NCBI GenBank assembly: GCA_035308805.1
Contig: DATGFZ010000537.1
Location: 1 to 50,640 of the forward strand
DNA from: Puia sp.
GTDB lineage: Bacteria; Bacteroidota; Bacteroidia; Chitinophagales; Chitinophagaceae
DNA length: 50,640 bases
Direction of reading: 5' to 3'
A program made the translations under genes and the position numbers. Every line of letters begins with the position of its first letter. Position 1 is the first letter of the stretch. This document shows, one piece after another, positions 38,714 to 48,766 of the stretch. The notes beneath the pieces were generated by a model. That model saw only the letters and a list, made by a program, of their open reading frames with translations, was not told where the DNA came from and searched no databases.

Positions 38714-41446
38714 ATGAGAGGAGTTCTTACAAATAAGATGTTTTTGATCATTCTTTTCCTCGCCACAGCAATTGCTGTTTATTTTTTTACGACAACCAAT
38801 AAACCTGTTGATTTCAACACGCAGGTAAAACCCATCTTCAATAAAAAATGCATAATCTGCCATGGTGGTGTTCGCCGCAAAGCAGGGTTCAGTTTATTAT
38901 TCAGGTCAGAAGCATTGATGAAAAATGAATCGGGAAAACCTGCTATCATCCCCGGCGATCCTGATCACAGCGAAATGATAAGAAGATTAACGTTGAAAGA
39001 TCCTGAAGAACGTATGCCTTACAAACATGAATCCTTGCCCAAAGACGAGATCAGCATTTTAAAAAGATGGATAAAGGAAGGTGCTGTGTGGGGAGATCAC
39101 TGGGCTTATGTTGCGCTGCAACCCGTGGAAGTCCCGCCAAAAACCGAATGGACAAAAAATGATATTGATCATTTTATTTACGACAAACTAAAAAAACAAA
39201 AATTATCTCCATCACCGCAGGCAGACAAAGCAACATTATTGCGGCGGGTGAGTTTGGATTTGATCGGCATGCCTGCATCTGACAATCTGTCTAAAAAATT
39301 TTTGAATGATAACAGCGACATCGCATATGAAAATTTAGTGGATTCATTACTCGCCTCGCCGCATTATGGTGAGCGCTGGGCTTCGGTGTGGCTCGATCTT
39401 GCGCGTTATGCAGATACAAAAGGATATGAACGTGATGACAGCCGCAGCATCTGGCGTTACCGCGATTGGATCATCAATGCATTCAATAACAATGAATCGT
39501 ATGATCAATTCTTGATCGATCAGATCGCGGGCGATCTTTTGCCAAATCCTACTGACGCGCAATATATCGCCACTGCTTTCCACCGCAACACAATGACCAA
39601 TGATGAAGGCGGAACCGAGAATGAAGAATTCAGGACCGCTGCCGTACTTGATCGGGTCAACACAACATGGGAAGCAATTTTGGGAACAACGTTTGCCTGC
39701 GTGCAATGCCACAGTCATCCTTATGACCCGTTCACGCATGAAGAATATTACAAATTCATGGCATTTTTCAACGACACTCGCGACGAGGATTCTTATGCTG
39801 ATTATCCATTATTGCGTTCATTTAACGATTCAGCAAAAGATGAATTGAATAAACTGACAGATTGGGTTAATAAAAACAGCTCTCGGCAAAAAGCAAAAGA
39901 AATTTACCAATTTTTAAAAACATGGCAGCCATCTTACAATTCACTAAACTGCGACAGCTTTACCAATAGTGAACTCGCCGATACCAAATGGACCTCCTTT
40001 AGAAATCAAGCCCTTTGTCGCTTAAAAAATATAGAGATGACGAATAGGAATCATCTTATATTTCGGTATTCAGGATTTGTTAATAATGGGATATGGCAAA
40101 TTCATGCAGATAACCCAACCGGTCCCCTGATTGCCAAAATCATTCTTGATTCAACAAAAGGAGGTGGTTGGAAGATTGAAGAAGTGAATATTAAACCAAT
40201 TAATGGAATGCACAATCTGTATTTCACGTACTCAAGTAATAAATTAAAAAAACCAACCGATGCAGGCGCCATGCTTGATTGGTTATATTTTACGCAGGAA
40301 TTTCCAGGCAAGGACAAAGCAGGTTATGCTGCAATAAAAAATTCATTCTGGAAATTATTAACTGCAGATGTTCCCACAACGCCCGTAATGATGGACAACC
40401 CCTCGTACATGCATCGCGTCTCAAATGTTTTTGAAAGGGGAAATTGGTTAGTGAAAGGAGATGTGGTTCAGCCGGATGTTCCGCACTCTTTAAATCCATT
40501 GCCAAAAGGCGCTCCGCATAATCGATTGGGTATGGCAATGTGGCTGGTTGATAAAAAAAACCCGCTTACATCAAGAACAATTGTAAATCGTCTATGGGAG
40601 CAAATGTTTGGAACAGGGTTGGCGGAAACCCTTGAAGATCTTGGTACGCAGGGAATTGCGCCTACCCATAAAGACTTACTGGATTATCTTTCTTATCAAT
40701 TGATGAATGACTATCATTGGGATTTAAAAAAATTGCTAAAAGAAATCGTCATGTCGGCAACATACAAGCAGGATTCAAAAGTGCAGAAAGAGGATTTGAA
40801 TAAAGACCCGTTCAATAAATTTTATGCGCGAGGTTCCAGGGTGCGGTTGTCCGCAGAACAGGTGCGAGATCAGGCATTGGTAATCAGCGGAACGGTAAAT
40901 GAACAGATGTTTGGACCCAGTGTATTTCCATTTCAGCCAAAGGGCATTTGGCTTTCCCCATGGAATAACCAGGATTGGGAAATAAGCAAAGGAAAAAATC
41001 AATATCGTCGAGCATTATACACTTACTGGAAGCGCACTTCGAGTTATCCATCCATGATCAGTTTTGACGCAACGTCACGCGAGGTCTGTACAGCACGCCG
41101 CATTCGTACCAACACGCCACTGCAAGCGTTGGTAACATTGAATGATTCTTCTTATTTGGATATGGCGCGGCATTTTGCATACCGTATGCAAGACGAAGCG
41201 GGCAATGATGTAAATAAAGAAATAAGCAAAGGATACGAAATGGCGATGTACAAGACAATTGCTCCGGAAAAATTGCAGGCTTTGAAAAAATTGTACCTTA
41301 ATGCATTTGAGATAATGAAGAACGATAAGGAAAAAACCTGTGAATTGATTGGGGAAATGGATGAGCGCAATAATCCGCAAACAGCTGCATTGGTCGTTGT
41401 GGCAAATGCGATGCTGAATTTGGATGAAATGATAACCAAGAATTAA
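38714..41446 (+). CDS. Planctomycete cytochrome c (PSCyt1) + DUF1549 + CBM6-like insert + DUF1553 (PSD1) protein
   Basis: VDFNTQVKPIFNKKCIICHG; RMP; LKRWIKEGA.W..HWAY; LLRRVSLDLIGMP; YGERWA..WLDLARYADT; CVQCHSH; NPLTSRTIVNRLW; TNTPLQAL. Confidence 0.93.
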   Translation: MRGVLTNKMFLIILFLATAIAVYFFTTTNKPVDFNTQVKPIFNKKCIICHGGVRRKAGFSLLFRSEALMKNESGKPAIIPGDPDHSEMIRRLTLKDPEERMPYKHESLPKDEISILKRWIKEGAVWGDHWAYVALQPVEVPPKTEWTKNDIDHFIYDKLKKQKLSPSPQADKATLLRRVSLDLIGMPASDNLSKKFLNDNSDIAYENLVDSLLASPHYGERWASVWLDLARYADTKGYERDDSRSIWRYRDWIINAFNNNESYDQFLIDQIAGDLLPNPTDAQYIATAFHRNTMTNDEGGTENEEFRTAAVLDRVNTTWEAILGTTFACVQCHSHPYDPFTHEEYYKFMAFFNDTRDEDSYADYPLLRSFNDSAKDELNKLTDWVNKNSSRQKAKEIYQFLKTWQPSYNSLNCDSFTNSELADTKWTSFRNQALCRLKNIEMTNRNHLIFRYSGFVNNGIWQIHADNPTGPLIAKIILDSTKGGGWKIEEVNIKPINGMHNLYFTYSSNKLKKPTDAGAMLDWLYFTQEFPGKDKAGYAAIKNSFWKLLTADVPTTPVMMDNPSYMHRVSNVFERGNWLVKGDVVQPDVPHSLNPLPKGAPHNRLGMAMWLVDKKNPLTSRTIVNRLWEQMFGTGLAETLEDLGTQGIAPTHKDLLDYLSYQLMNDYHWDLKKLLKEIVMSATYKQDSKVQKEDLNKDPFNKFYARGSRVRLSAEQVRDQALVISGTVNEQMFGPSVFPFQPKGIWLSPWNNQDWEISKGKNQYRRALYTYWKRTSSYPSMISFDATSREVCTARRIRTNTPLQALVTLNDSSYLDMARHFAYRMQDEAGNDVNKEISKGYEMAMYKTIAPEKLQALKKLYLNAFEIMKNDKEKTCELIGEMDERNNPQTAALVVVANAMLNLDEMITKN

Positions 41447-41646
41447 ATCGTCAGAACGGAGGCTTATTGCATCGGCATTGTGTGAAAGAAGATTCAACGT
41501 TTAAATCAGATAGTCCTTCAGATCTAGGGAAAGATTCGGAGTGAAAATTAATGAAGGATTCCAGTTCACCGAATGTGGTTGGATTGCATTGGAAGCAATG
41601 TGTTGTTCAATCGAAAACAAATACCGCTACCAGCATAAAAATATTT

Positions 41647-43158
41647 ATGACACGGGATGAATTAAACAATCAAAGATTACTGAAAGAAGCGAATGAAAAA
41701 ACCTTGCACTTCTTAACGCGGCGTCATTTTTTAAAAGAAAGTGCGATGGGTTTTGGCGCCCTTGCATTGGGTTCGCTTATTGGCGGATGCAAATTCAGTT
41801 CATCAAATGGATATACAGAAACCATTTTTGATCCGGCACATCCCCTGGAACCAAAACTTCCGATGTTCCCGGGAAAAGCAAAATCGGTTATTTATTTACA
41901 TATGGCTGGTGCACCATCGCAATTGGAGTTATTCGATTACAAACCAGAGCTGATGAAATTGGATGGACAACTCTGTCCGCAATCACTGCTTGAAGGAAAA
42001 AGATTTGCATTTATACGAGGCGTTCCGAAAATGTTGGGACCGCAGGCAGCTTTTACACAACATGGACAAAGCGGAGCGTGGGTTTCAGACCGCATGCCGC
42101 ATTTGGCAAGCATCGTCGATGAGATCAGTTTCTTAAAAGCCTGTACTACGGATCAATTCAATCACGCGCCTGCGCAATTTTTGGTACATACCGGTTCACC
42201 AAGATTAGGAAGACCCAGTCTGGGTTCTTGGGTGACCTATGGACTGGGAACAGAGAATCAGAACCTTCCGGGGTTTGTCGTCTTAACGAGTGGCGGAAAG
42301 TTTCCGGATGCTGGGAAAAGTGTGTGGGGCAGCGGTTTTTTGCCAAGTGTCTATCAGGGGGTGCAATGCAGAAGCGAAGGTGATCCTGTTCTGTTTATCA
42401 AGGATCCGGAAGGAATGGATCGCAACTTGCGCAAAGCTTCCATAGATGCCATCAACACAGTAAACCAGGAAGAATACAAAGAATTCAAAGACCCTGAAAT
42501 TCTTTCTCGCATCTCACAGTACGAAATGGCGTACAAGATGCAAATCTCTGTTCCTGATGTGATGAACATTAATGATGAACCGCAATATATTCACGATATG
42601 TATGGGACACATCCAAATAAAGCTTGTTTGGCAAATAATATCTTGCTCGCAAGAAAACTGGTGGAGAAGGGTGTCCGGTTTGTGCAGATATTTGACTGGG
42701 GTTGGGATAGCCATGGCAGCGATGCAAGCCTTGCCATTGACATTGGCTTTATCAATAAATGTCGGCAGGTTGATAAACCGGTTACGGCGCTGATACTTGA
42801 CTTGAAACAGCGCGGATTATTGGAAGATACGTTGGTGGTGTGGGGGGGAGAATTTGGGAGAACGCCAATGCAGGAAAATCGCGAGGGTAAACAAAATCCA
42901 TTCAAAGGAAGGGATCATCATACTGAAGCATTTACTATTTGGATGGCTGGTGGTGGAATTAAAAAAGGAGTAAGCTATGGTGAAACGGATGAAATTGGTT
43001 ACAGTTCCGTCAGCGGAAAGGTAACGCCGTTTGACATACAGGCTACGATCCTTAACCAGCTTGGGTTTAACCACGAGAAGTTCACCTATCAATTCCAGGG
43101 GAGACCGTTTCGGTTGACTGATGTGAGTGGAGGTGTGATCAGTGAAATTGTTGCATGA
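41647..43158 (+). CDS. DUF1501 protein with twin-arginine (Tat) signal
   Basis: TRRHFLK; AKSVIYLHMAGAPSQLELFDYKP; ARKLVEKGVRFVQ; GWDSH; WGGEFGRTP; GRDHH. Start ATG 41647. Confidence 0.93.
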   Translation: MTRDELNNQRLLKEANEKTLHFLTRRHFLKESAMGFGALALGSLIGGCKFSSSNGYTETIFDPAHPLEPKLPMFPGKAKSVIYLHMAGAPSQLELFDYKPELMKLDGQLCPQSLLEGKRFAFIRGVPKMLGPQAAFTQHGQSGAWVSDRMPHLASIVDEISFLKACTTDQFNHAPAQFLVHTGSPRLGRPSLGSWVTYGLGTENQNLPGFVVLTSGGKFPDAGKSVWGSGFLPSVYQGVQCRSEGDPVLFIKDPEGMDRNLRKASIDAINTVNQEEYKEFKDPEILSRISQYEMAYKMQISVPDVMNINDEPQYIHDMYGTHPNKACLANNILLARKLVEKGVRFVQIFDWGWDSHGSDASLAIDIGFINKCRQVDKPVTALILDLKQRGLLEDTLVVWGGEFGRTPMQENREGKQNPFKGRDHHTEAFTIWMAGGGIKKGVSYGETDEIGYSSVSGKVTPFDIQATILNQLGFNHEKFTYQFQGRPFRLTDVSGGVISEIVA

Positions 43159-43263
43159 TTTATTGCGCTGACCAAACATCGAATGCGGCACTAAACGTAT
43201 CACTTTGTTTCATTGTACGTCTTGGCTCCCGGTGTGAAATTTTTTTAAAATCAAATCTACATT

Positions 43264-44193
43264 TTGCAAAGAAGAAATTTTATTCAGACTTCAGCAACGG
43301 CAACAACAGCATTATTCCTTTCCTCATTAGATACACTGGCTTCAACCAACAAACCAACTTTTAATATGGATAACAAATTTGAATTAAAAATTCTGGCAAC
43401 AAACTGGGGTTTCCCGGGAAATATTGATGAATACTGTGCAAAAGTTAAACACGATGGATATGATGGAATTGAGATCTGGTGGCAGTATGAACCCAAAGAT
43501 CACGACGAATTATTTGCCGCTTTAAAAAAATATCACCTTGAAGTTGGCTTTTTATGCGCAGGTCATGAATCAAATTTTAAAGACAACTTTGCTTCATTCA
43601 AAAAAATGGTGGGCGCAGCAGCAACCAATCCAACTCAAAAACCATTGTATATCAACTGTCATTCGGGAAAAGATTATTTTTCTTTCGACGAAAATAAAAA
43701 TTTTATTGATTTCACCATGCAGCTTGCAAAGGAAACGGGAATAAAAATATGTCATGAAACACATCGATCAAGAATTTTATTTGCCGCGCCTGTTGCAAAA
43801 AATTTTTTCGACAAAATTCCGGAACTCAGAATTACCCTTGATATTTCTCACTGGTGTAACGTGCATGAAAGTTTATTGCAGGATCAGCAGGAAACTGTCA
43901 ACATGGCCTTGCAGCGTGTTGATCACATTCACGCCCGCATTGGTCATCCTGAGGGTCCGCAAGTGAATGACCCGCGAGCTCCCGAATGGGAAGATGCCGT
44001 AAAAGCTCATTTTGCGTGGTGGGATAAAGTTGTTGATTTAAAAAGAAAAAGCGGAGACAGATTAACCATTCTCACCGAATTCGGTCCGCCACATTATATG
44101 CCCGCATTGCCTTATACCATTCAACCCGTTGCCGACCAATGGGCGATCAATGTACACATGATGCAGATGCTTAGGAAGCGATATGAGGTATAA
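43264..44193 (+). CDS. Sugar-phosphate isomerase/epimerase (xylose-isomerase-like TIM barrel), Tat-like signal
   Basis: QRRNFIQT; GYDGIE; HETHR; DISHW; HIHARIG; TEFGP. TTG start. Confidence 0.85.
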   Translation: MQRRNFIQTSATATTALFLSSLDTLASTNKPTFNMDNKFELKILATNWGFPGNIDEYCAKVKHDGYDGIEIWWQYEPKDHDELFAALKKYHLEVGFLCAGHESNFKDNFASFKKMVGAAATNPTQKPLYINCHSGKDYFSFDENKNFIDFTMQLAKETGIKICHETHRSRILFAAPVAKNFFDKIPELRITLDISHWCNVHESLLQDQQETVNMALQRVDHIHARIGHPEGPQVNDPRAPEWEDAVKAHFAWWDKVVDLKRKSGDRLTILTEFGPPHYMPALPYTIQPVADQWAINVHMMQMLRKRYEV

Positions 44194-44311
44194 AATGCGG
44201 GAAAGGTTAATTTTCAACATGCTTAATGGTCTGGATTTATTAGAATTGCTTCTATAAAAAATAAAAAACGCATATTTTACAGCCCGTCGTGTATATTTCA
44301 TAATTAACTGC

Positions 44312-45718
44312 ATGCTTCAATTTCTCGGTCATTTGCATCCTGTTCTTGTCCATCTACCTATTGGTATTTTATTATTGGCCTGTTTGTTTTTGTGGCAATC
44401 GCGAAAAGACCGCCATGTAAATTTACAACCATCAATAAATGTTATTTTACTTCTTGGAATGATCAGCGCTATAGCGGCATGCGTTACGGGATATATTTTA
44501 TCTCAAACCGGCGACTATGATACAGACACCGTTAATCTTCATCAATGGATGGGAATCAGCGTAGCATTCGTTTCAATAATTACCTATTTTTTCTATAAAA
44601 AGAGGTCCTTGCGCAAATGGCAACTGCCACTTGCATTTGTATTGGTGATCCTGATTTTCATCACCGGGCATCTCGGCGGTTCGTTAACTCATGGCAGTGA
44701 TTACCTCACCCAACCATTGGAGGATTTGTTGTCTGATGATTCTTTAACTGCATTTAAGAGGAAACCGATACCGGATGTGCAGGAAGCGTTTGTTTATGGA
44801 GATGTTATTGCTCCCATTTTCCAGGAAAAATGCTATACCTGTCATGGCAAATCAAAACAAAAAGGAAAACTCAGGTTAGAGGACTCCGTTAGCATATTGA
44901 AAGGTGGAAAAGATGGCGTAGTTATCATTCCAAATAAATCGGCCGAGAGTGAATTGGTAAAACGGATCATGTTGCCAAGGGAAGATGAACATCACATGGC
45001 ACCTAATGAAAAGCCACAGGTATCAGATAATGAAATAACATTACTGAAATGGTGGATAGATAATGGCGCGAGTTTCTCAAAAAAAGTAAAACAGCTTCAA
45101 CAACCGGAAAAAATTAAATCTGCATTATTGAGCCTGCAAAATGCCTCCCGCGAAAAGGAAGTTGACCTGGACGTTCCCCAGACTCCGGTTGAAAAAGCCG
45201 ATGAATCAGCGATTCAAAAATTAAAAGATTCAGGAGTTGTTGTAATCCCTGTTTCGCAGAACTCAAATTATCTATCTGTCAATTTTGTAACAGCCAATAT
45301 TAATGATAAAAGTATTTCTTTGCTCCTTTTGTTAAAAAAACAATTGGTCTGGTTGCAATTGAACAACAAACCAATTAATGATTCTGTTCTTTCCACTTTG
45401 GCGGAATGTACAAATCTCACAAAAGTCGAATTGGCACACACAAATATTACTGATAAAGGGTTGTCTTTTCTGAAAGACCTCAAACAATTGCGCATCCTAA
45501 ACCTTGTTGGCACAAAAATTACAACTTCGGGATTAATGCAGTTGAAAGACTTAAAAAATCTTCAATCATTATTTTTATTCCAGACAAATATTAATAAAGA
45601 CGATTGGGCTGAAATAAAAAAAGTATTTCCAAGAACATCAATCGATTCGGGAGGATATATCGTCCCGCTTCTTCCTGAAGATACCATCATCGTAAAACCG
45701 CCTCCAGTAAAAAATTAA
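44312..45718 (+). CDS. Membrane (DUF2231-like) + Planctomycete cytochrome c + leucine-rich-repeat protein
   Basis: GHLHPVLVHLPIG, HQWMG and GHLGGSLTHG in the TM region; CYTCHG...HMAP...WWIDNGA; LRRs of the LxxLNLVGTKIT type. Confidence 0.9.
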   Translation: MLQFLGHLHPVLVHLPIGILLLACLFLWQSRKDRHVNLQPSINVILLLGMISAIAACVTGYILSQTGDYDTDTVNLHQWMGISVAFVSIITYFFYKKRSLRKWQLPLAFVLVILIFITGHLGGSLTHGSDYLTQPLEDLLSDDSLTAFKRKPIPDVQEAFVYGDVIAPIFQEKCYTCHGKSKQKGKLRLEDSVSILKGGKDGVVIIPNKSAESELVKRIMLPREDEHHMAPNEKPQVSDNEITLLKWWIDNGASFSKKVKQLQQPEKIKSALLSLQNASREKEVDLDVPQTPVEKADESAIQKLKDSGVVVIPVSQNSNYLSVNFVTANINDKSISLLLLLKKQLVWLQLNNKPINDSVLSTLAECTNLTKVELAHTNITDKGLSFLKDLKQLRILNLVGTKITTSGLMQLKDLKNLQSLFLFQTNINKDDWAEIKKVFPRTSIDSGGYIVPLLPEDTIIVKPPPVKN

Positions 45719-45724
45719 TTTGCA

Positions 45725-47986
45725 ATGAGATACAAATTATTTTTCTTATTTTTTCTTTTCTTTTTTTGTACAAATCTGATTGCCCAGGTAAAACCACAGC
45801 ATGATTTATCTTTTGATTCTCTTGCCAAAAGATGGGACGAGGCGATTCCGTTGGGCAATGGCTGGCTCGGAGCATTGATCTGGCAAAAAGAAAATAAAGT
45901 AAGAATTTCATTGGACAGGGTTGATCTTTGGGATGACAGACCAATGCCCGATATTGATAAATTGAAATTTAAGTGGGTTGTTGAACAGGTTAAAAAAAAG
46001 GAATACGATACCGTCCAGCAGTTGGGGGATGTACCGTATGAAAAATACCCTGCGCCAACAAAAATTCCCGGCGCAGCATTGGAATTTGATTTGAGTAGCT
46101 TTGGTAAAGTGGTATTGAACGAATTGAATATTGAAATGGCATTGAGCACCATTACATTTGAAAACGGGGTGCTGTTTCATAATTACATTCATGCAACGAA
46201 CCAAATTGGATATTTTGGTTTTGAGAACCTTCCGCAAAATGGTTTTTCTGCTGGCGATCTTCTTCCATCATTAATAATTCCCGAATACCATGAAGAGAAT
46301 AATAGTTTAAAGCATAAAAGTGCAAGCAGTCAGGCGCTTAAACAATTAGGGTACAAACAGGGAAGCATCTCAAAAACGGCAAACAGTATTTTGTACCATC
46401 AACCAACCTGGAATAGAAATTATTATGAGGTGTTGATCAAATGGAAGAGATTTTCTACAACAAACTTAATTGGTGAGTGGACAATAACGGTTAATAAACA
46501 TGCAAAGTTGGCAGAATTAAATGCCCATTCCAAAAACCCAACAGGCTGGGCTTCTCATGTGGCATGGTGGAAAAACTTCTGGGGTCGGTCTGCAATTTCT
46601 ATTCCTGATAGTTTGCTGGAAAAACAATATTTTCTCGAGATGTATAAATTCGGTTGCGTGGCGAGAAATAAGACGCCGCCAATTTCTTTGCAGGCTATCT
46701 GGACTGCCGACAATGGAGAAATCCCTCCATGGAAGGGCGACATTCACAATGATCTGAACACGGAGTTAAGCTATTGGCCAGGATACGAAAGCAATCATCT
46801 TGATCTCACAGCATCCTACACCAATTTTTTATGGAAGACAAAGGATGAGAATAAAAAATGGACAAAGCATTGTTTTGAAGTCGATGGTTTGAATGTTCCC
46901 GGTGTTACCACGATCAGTGGCAAACCAATGGGGGGGTGGATTCAATATTCTGTAAGCCCAACAACCGTTTTTTGGCTGGCGCAGCATTTTTACTGGCAGT
47001 GGAGATACAGCATGGATAAAAATTTCTTCTACAGTAAACTAAAACCATATTATGACGATGCCTTGAAATATTTGTTCAACATAGCTGATAAGCAAACACA
47101 CAGGCTGCCCCTTAGTTCCAGTCCCGAATTTAATGATAACCGCATTGACGCATGGTTTACTGACTATACCAATTATGATCTGGCATTGTGCAGGTACACG
47201 GTCAAAGTAAAGAATGCGATCAATGAAATGGATACGACTACTACAACCCGTAAGCAAATTACTTCCCTGAAATCTTTTCCGGATTTTAATGTTGATGAAA
47301 CAGGATTAACTGTTGCGCCTGGTCAGGATTTCAATGTTTCTCACAGGCACATGTCGCCATTAATGGCCATTTATCCGTTGTGTTTGTTGGATATTAACCG
47401 TCGGGAAGATTCATCTATCATTAAAAAATCTTTACGCAATATTGAAAAACGGGGAACAAAAGAATGGTGCGGTTATTCATTCAGTTGGATGGCCAGTTTA
47501 TATGCCCGCGCAAAAGAATCAGAAAATGCGGTAAAACAACTTCAAATTTTTGCGAACAATTTTTGTTCGTCAAACAGCTTTCATTTGAACGGGGATCAAA
47601 AAGGAGGACAATATTCTTCATTCACTTACCGCCCGTTCACACTCGAAGGAAATTTTGCATTTGCGCAGGGTATTCATGAATTGTTGATTCAAAATCATGA
47701 TGAAGTAATTGAAATCTTCCCCGCCGTTCCAAAAAGCTGGCAAAATGTTTCTTTCAAAACTTTAAGAGCCGAAGGCGCATTCTTGATTAGCGCAAAAAAG
47801 GAAAACGGAATAGTAAGGCAATTAAAAATATATTCAGCGCACGGTGGAAAACTAAAAATAAAACTGCCTTTTGAAAAATGGACAGTAAAAGGAATTAATC
47901 GTTCTTGGGTTTCAACACATAATGACATAGCCGAAATGGAAACTGCAAAGGGCCAGACAATTGTTTTTTTAAATATTTTACAATAA
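45725..47986 (+). CDS. GH95-like (alpha-L-fucosidase-type) glycoside hydrolase
   Basis: WDEAIPLGNG, LQAIW, H.DLNTELSYW, SSSPE, SHRHMS, TLEGNFA, FPAVPKSW, LRAEGAF. Signal peptide LIA/Q. Confidence 0.88.
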   Translation: MRYKLFFLFFLFFFCTNLIAQVKPQHDLSFDSLAKRWDEAIPLGNGWLGALIWQKENKVRISLDRVDLWDDRPMPDIDKLKFKWVVEQVKKKEYDTVQQLGDVPYEKYPAPTKIPGAALEFDLSSFGKVVLNELNIEMALSTITFENGVLFHNYIHATNQIGYFGFENLPQNGFSAGDLLPSLIIPEYHEENNSLKHKSASSQALKQLGYKQGSISKTANSILYHQPTWNRNYYEVLIKWKRFSTTNLIGEWTITVNKHAKLAELNAHSKNPTGWASHVAWWKNFWGRSAISIPDSLLEKQYFLEMYKFGCVARNKTPPISLQAIWTADNGEIPPWKGDIHNDLNTELSYWPGYESNHLDLTASYTNFLWKTKDENKKWTKHCFEVDGLNVPGVTTISGKPMGGWIQYSVSPTTVFWLAQHFYWQWRYSMDKNFFYSKLKPYYDDALKYLFNIADKQTHRLPLSSSPEFNDNRIDAWFTDYTNYDLALCRYTVKVKNAINEMDTTTTTRKQITSLKSFPDFNVDETGLTVAPGQDFNVSHRHMSPLMAIYPLCLLDINRREDSSIIKKSLRNIEKRGTKEWCGYSFSWMASLYARAKESENAVKQLQIFANNFCSSNSFHLNGDQKGGQYSSFTYRPFTLEGNFAFAQGIHELLIQNHDEVIEIFPAVPKSWQNVSFKTLRAEGAFLISAKKENGIVRQLKIYSAHGGKLKIKLPFEKWTVKGINRSWVSTHNDIAEMETAKGQTIVFLNILQ

Positions 47987-48020
47987 TCATTTTAATACCA
48001 GTTCTGTTTTTGACGACATC

Positions 48021-48110
48021 ATCCTGATCACGCGTTCCGCTTATCGGCGCCACTACTGGCATTGAGCTGTGATCTTTATGGCTGTCCTTTTCTTAAACCG
48101 TGATCAGGAT
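48021..48110 (+). repeat. Long palindromic element / candidate structured RNA
   Basis: Perfect 12-bp IR ATCCTGATCACG...CGTGATCAGGAT enclosing three small hairpins. Confidence 0.55.
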
Positions 48111-48260
48111 CATCATATCCCCTGAAAATCCTCAAATTTATTTTCAAATAATTGCTTTGTAAAAAAGATGTTAAGGTATAGGGTTTATTAAGCGGCTGGA
48201 AGGCTATTTGCTATTTTGTATGTGATTATTGACCTCTTTTAAAACTTAAAATCATTTATT

Positions 48261-48710
48261 ATGAAAAAAATGTCGATGACAATTATGTGCCTTACCATGA
48301 TTCTCTTGTCAGTTGTTTCAAAAGCAAACTCGATTTCAAATTATGGCGACCATCCTTATTATTTGCATGCGCTTTCTGATTTGCGCGCTGCGCGATGGAT
48401 GATTGAACATCGTCCCGGAAATTGGGCACAGTCGATGGATGAAATGGAGGCAGTTAAACAGATAGATGCGGCAATCGGCGAAATAAGAAAGGCGGCCATC
48501 GAAGATGGAAAAAACCTGCAAGATCATCCGCCGGTTGATGAACGCAACGAACATATGGGCAGACTACACGAGGCAGTTGACTTTTTAAGAAAAGCAAGAA
48601 AAGATATTTCTCATGATGAAGACAATAAGTTTGCGCAAGGTTTACAAGCGCGGGCTTATATGCATATAGATGCGGCAATCAATGCGACAAGGCGCGCGAT
48701 TCACCAATAA
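48261..48710 (+). CDS. Exported His-rich helical hypothetical protein
   Basis: Signal peptide; two related halves, HPYYLHALSDLRAAR and HMGRLHEAVDFLRKAR. Confidence 0.85.
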   Translation: MKKMSMTIMCLTMILLSVVSKANSISNYGDHPYYLHALSDLRAARWMIEHRPGNWAQSMDEMEAVKQIDAAIGEIRKAAIEDGKNLQDHPPVDERNEHMGRLHEAVDFLRKARKDISHDEDNKFAQGLQARAYMHIDAAINATRRAIHQ

Positions 48711-48733
48711 AAAATGTGAAAGAAATAAAAATG

Positions 48734-48766
48734 AAAAAGCTGGCTGATCACCGGCTTTTTTATTTT
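48734..48766. terminator. Bidirectional intrinsic terminator
   Basis: AAAAAGCTGG-CTGATCA-CCGGCTTTTTT. Confidence 0.8.
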
